Shown here: in pieces, positions 61,281 to 64,000 of the stretch
How positions within the stretch are numbered: the first letter of the stretch is position 1
Layout of the letters: each line of letters starts with the position of its first letter
Virus record (IMG/VR): IMGVR_UViG_3300023179_005186
Location: 248,001-312,000 of that record
Length of the DNA: 64,000 bases
Strand: one strand, 5' to 3'
Made by a program: the position numbers and the translations under genes
The notes under the pieces: model-generated
Told to the model about the DNA's origin: nothing
The model's input: only the letters and a program-made list of their open reading frames with translations
Database searches by the model: none

Positions 61281-61856
61281 ATGAATTCTATAAATCAGGT
61301 AAGAGAATGGATTAGATATTTTAATGCTAATATTTATAATCGTGAAAAAAAAATATATACTTATGAATATGCTATTGATATTTCAAAAAGAATTATTGAT
61401 AATTTAATGGAAAAAAAATCAGATGATATAATATTTATAGGTACAACAATAAGAACAGATTTTTATGAAAAATCAAATAAAGTTATTCATACATTAGTTT
61501 TAATTACTTATAAAGTTTATGATAATAAATATTATGTTATAAATAATTATTATAAAATTGATGATAAAATTACAATTGATTATTTACATTATATATATTG
61601 CAAAAAAATGGTTAAAATGAATCTAGATGATTTAATTCTTGATGAATATTCTTATTATGATGAAGGATTTTTTTATAAAGGTAGATACGTTAAAAAAAGA
61701 TATAATTATATAAAATTTAAAAAAGAGCAAACTTTTGTTTATTATAATGGTCTTTACATAAATGATAATTTCAATACAAATAAAATAAATATATTTTATC
61801 CTAATTTTTCTTCAAAATATCTTTCAACAAGTATTTCTATTTTTGATATGTTATAA
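61281..61856 (+). CDS. Hypothetical protein
   Basis: 191 aa ORF. Confidence 0.5.
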   Translation: MNSINQVREWIRYFNANIYNREKKIYTYEYAIDISKRIIDNLMEKKSDDIIFIGTTIRTDFYEKSNKVIHTLVLITYKVYDNKYYVINNYYKIDDKITIDYLHYIYCKKMVKMNLDDLILDEYSYYDEGFFYKGRYVKKRYNYIKFKKEQTFVYYNGLYINDNFNTNKINIFYPNFSSKYLSTSISIFDML

Positions 61857-61891
61857 ATAATCTAAAAATAATTTCTTATATTATTATACTT

Positions 61892-62092
61892 ATGCAAATT
61901 ATAAAAAATCTTTTAAAAAAATTTTTACCATTAAATGAACTTAAACCACTTGGTAGATGGAATATTGATTATTGTAATAAAAAAATTAATAAAAAAATTG
62001 ATTTATCTAATGAAGATCATTGTGGACCATGTGGACAATATAGAACATTTATTATAAAAAAAAATATAAATGATAAAATTAAAAATTTATAA
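61892..62092 (+). CDS. Small LGRW...DHCG protein
   Basis: PLGRW and SNEDHCGPCG, a pattern I recall from algal giant viruses. Confidence 0.65.
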   Translation: MQIIKNLLKKFLPLNELKPLGRWNIDYCNKKINKKIDLSNEDHCGPCGQYRTFIIKKNINDKIKNL

Positions 62093-62106
62093 ATATATAT
62101 ATATAT

Positions 62107-63186
62107 ATGAATTACGAACAAAAATATTTAAAATATAAAAATAAATATATTAATCTAAAATTAAAAATTAAACAAAAAGGAGGAGATGATCCAATAAAAC
62201 AAACTACTAATACTGTACAAGAAAATACTGTACAAGATAAACCGGTACAATCAACTGAACAAAATTACTTAATTGTATCACATAATACAAGAATAAGATG
62301 TTTTATAAATACATTATTAGATGCAAATAATCAACAATTGAATATTGTAAAAAAAATATTAAATATTATAAATATAACTAATCAAAAAAAAGAAACAGAA
62401 ATAAGATTTCAAAATGGTGCGGTTCTTAAATTAACTTTAAAAGCAAATTCTGATATAGGTACATTAGAACTATTTCATAGTGGTGAAGTTACTGATGCAG
62501 ATAGATTATATTTTGACAAAGTTAAAGGAAATAAAAGAATAGAATTTCCCAAAATTGAATTTGATTATGTTAAAAGTTTTAAAATGGATAAATTAGAAAA
62601 AAATATTAATTTTTATTTAGTTAGACATGGAGAAGGTGTCCATAATAATCTTAGTACAATTGAAAAAGGTATAAATTTTATAACAAGATCAGGTAAGGAT
62701 CCAAAACTTACAGCTATTGGAATAGAACAAGCAAAAAAAACAGGTGAAGTATTAAAAGAAATTAATTTTAGTAAAATTTTTGTATCTAAATTAGAAAGAA
62801 CGTGGGAAACTGCTTATTGGATATTGAAAGATAATATTAGTAAATCTAATGTTAAAATAAATTATATAGTATTACCATGCTCTCATGAATTAACTAATTA
62901 TTCAGATACAAAAAATTGTGATGAAGCTAATTCTGGTGTTCCTGTTGGAACTGAAAATATAAGTAACTGTGAATCAATATTATCTTCTAGAATAGAAAAA
63001 TGTGATGAATTTAAATATAATAATGAAACAATTAAAATAAATTGGTTTTATTACAATGAATTTTATTCAGAAAAAATACAACTCTATGGTGATTTTGGTG
63101 CAGTACAGTCTGATACATATAAAAAAAGTAATAATAAATGTAGAGATTCGAATATGATACTTCAAGCATTAATTACTTTAGATTAA
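62107..63186 (+). CDS. Histidine phosphatase (PGM-like) family protein with a KYLKYK leader
   Basis: LVRHGEGVHN, DPKLTAIGIEQA, VSKLERTWETA; LIVSH located N-terminally. Confidence 0.8.
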   Translation: MNYEQKYLKYKNKYINLKLKIKQKGGDDPIKQTTNTVQENTVQDKPVQSTEQNYLIVSHNTRIRCFINTLLDANNQQLNIVKKILNIINITNQKKETEIRFQNGAVLKLTLKANSDIGTLELFHSGEVTDADRLYFDKVKGNKRIEFPKIEFDYVKSFKMDKLEKNINFYLVRHGEGVHNNLSTIEKGINFITRSGKDPKLTAIGIEQAKKTGEVLKEINFSKIFVSKLERTWETAYWILKDNISKSNVKINYIVLPCSHELTNYSDTKNCDEANSGVPVGTENISNCESILSSRIEKCDEFKYNNETIKINWFYYNEFYSEKIQLYGDFGAVQSDTYKKSNNKCRDSNMILQALITLD

Positions 63187-63203
63187 AATTTTTATATAAA
63201 AAT

Positions 63204-64000
63204 TTATTTTATTTCTAATAATTTTTTTTTAAGATTAGGTGATGCATATTTTAAAAAAGATTCAGATCTTTTGATTGCTAATGATACTATTTCTAAATTA
63301 TTTTTAAGATTAGGAGATACATATTTTAAAGCTGAACCACATCTTGAAACAGCGATCATTGTAATATGAAAATTATTTTTAAGATTTTCAGAGGCATATT
63401 TTAAAACTGCTCCGGATTTTTTAACAGCAGTATGAACAATCTTAAAATTATTTTTAAGATTATCAGAGGCATATCTTAATGTAGATGGGTCTTTTTTAAC
63501 AGCAGTATAAATTATTTTAAAATTATTTCTAAGATTTTTAGAAGCAAATTGAATAGAATTACTAGAATTATTAATAGCAGTTAAAACAATTTTATAGTCA
63601 TTTTGTAGATCTTCAGAAATAAACTTTAAAGCATATCCATCTTTTTTAACAGCAAACATTGCTATTTCATAATAATTTATTATTGTATTTGAAACATATT
63701 TTAATGCAAAAATACTATTTTTAATTGCATTTAATACAACTTCTGGATCATTTTTAAGATTAGGAGAAGCATATTCTAAGGATAATCCGCATTTACTAAC
63801 TGCTGTTAATACAATTTCTTTATCATCTCTAAATTGTTCAGGAACATAATTTAAATATGAACCAAACATTTTTACTGCAGTTAATGTGATTTCTCTATTA
63901 GATTTTATTCTATAAGATAAGTTAGAGTAATTTAATTTATTATTATTTAAAGAATATATTACAAATTGTATTTCTTCTAAATTTAATGGTATTTTATTAT
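63204..64000 (-). CDS. DUF4116 repeat protein (5' end beyond the window)
   Basis: ~25-aa repeats such as ALKYASENLKNNFHITMIAV; frame stays open from 63869 to the window edge. Confidence 0.85.
   Translation of the reverse strand, partial: NKIPLNLEEIQFVIYSLNNNKLNYSNLSYRIKSNREITLTAVKMFGSYLNYVPEQFRDDKEIVLTAVSKCGLSLEYASPNLKNDPEVVLNAIKNSIFALKYVSNTIINYYEIAMFAVKKDGYALKFISEDLQNDYKIVLTAINNSSNSIQFASKNLRNNFKIIYTAVKKDPSTLRYASDNLKNNFKIVHTAVKKSGAVLKYASENLKNNFHITMIAVSRCGSALKYVSPNLKNNLEIVSLAIKRSESFLKYASPNLKKKLLEIK

Noticed and set aside
1-64000. tRNA/rRNA genes, or a bacterial origin
   Set aside because: No cloverleaf or rRNA-like GC-rich stretch seen by eye (tRNAscan-SE not run). No Shine-Dalgarno pattern is evident, and promoter motifs and gene content fit a giant virus.

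Overview
Very AT-rich, gene-dense, intron-free DNA from a giant virus (Nucleocytoviricota, most likely Imitervirales). Support: recurrent AAAATTGA early-promoter motifs, KYLKYK-type proteins, a viral rhodopsin, and a mix of eukaryote-like and bacteria-like genes. The left part holds an ~18 kb glycosylation island (UDP-sugar dehydrogenase, 4-epimerase, about nine glycosyltransferase-like genes), plus FtsH, a histone deacetylase and an ADP-ribosyltransferase. The main signal is two distinct IS630/Tc1-mariner-Fanzor transposons: 31917-36001 and 42429-48492. Each has terminal inverted repeats and TA duplications in a TTAA site, and each splits a resident gene that is restored in frame by in-silico excision. 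Both share one four-gene layout: transposase(-), small coiled-coil ORF broken at an A9 run(+), zinc-binding protein(-), Fanzor(+), followed by a structured putative omegaRNA running into the right TIR. Element 2 has also captured an ~1.75 kb fragment (GNAT plus truncated eIF2-gamma) inside its zinc-ribbon endonuclease gene. The right part carries a DTT-motif viral rhodopsin, a tandem DcpS-like protein without HIT triads, a GH18 chitinase, a pyrophosphatase and an apparently circularly permuted histidine phosphatase. All family calls are by motif recognition; no database searches were run.
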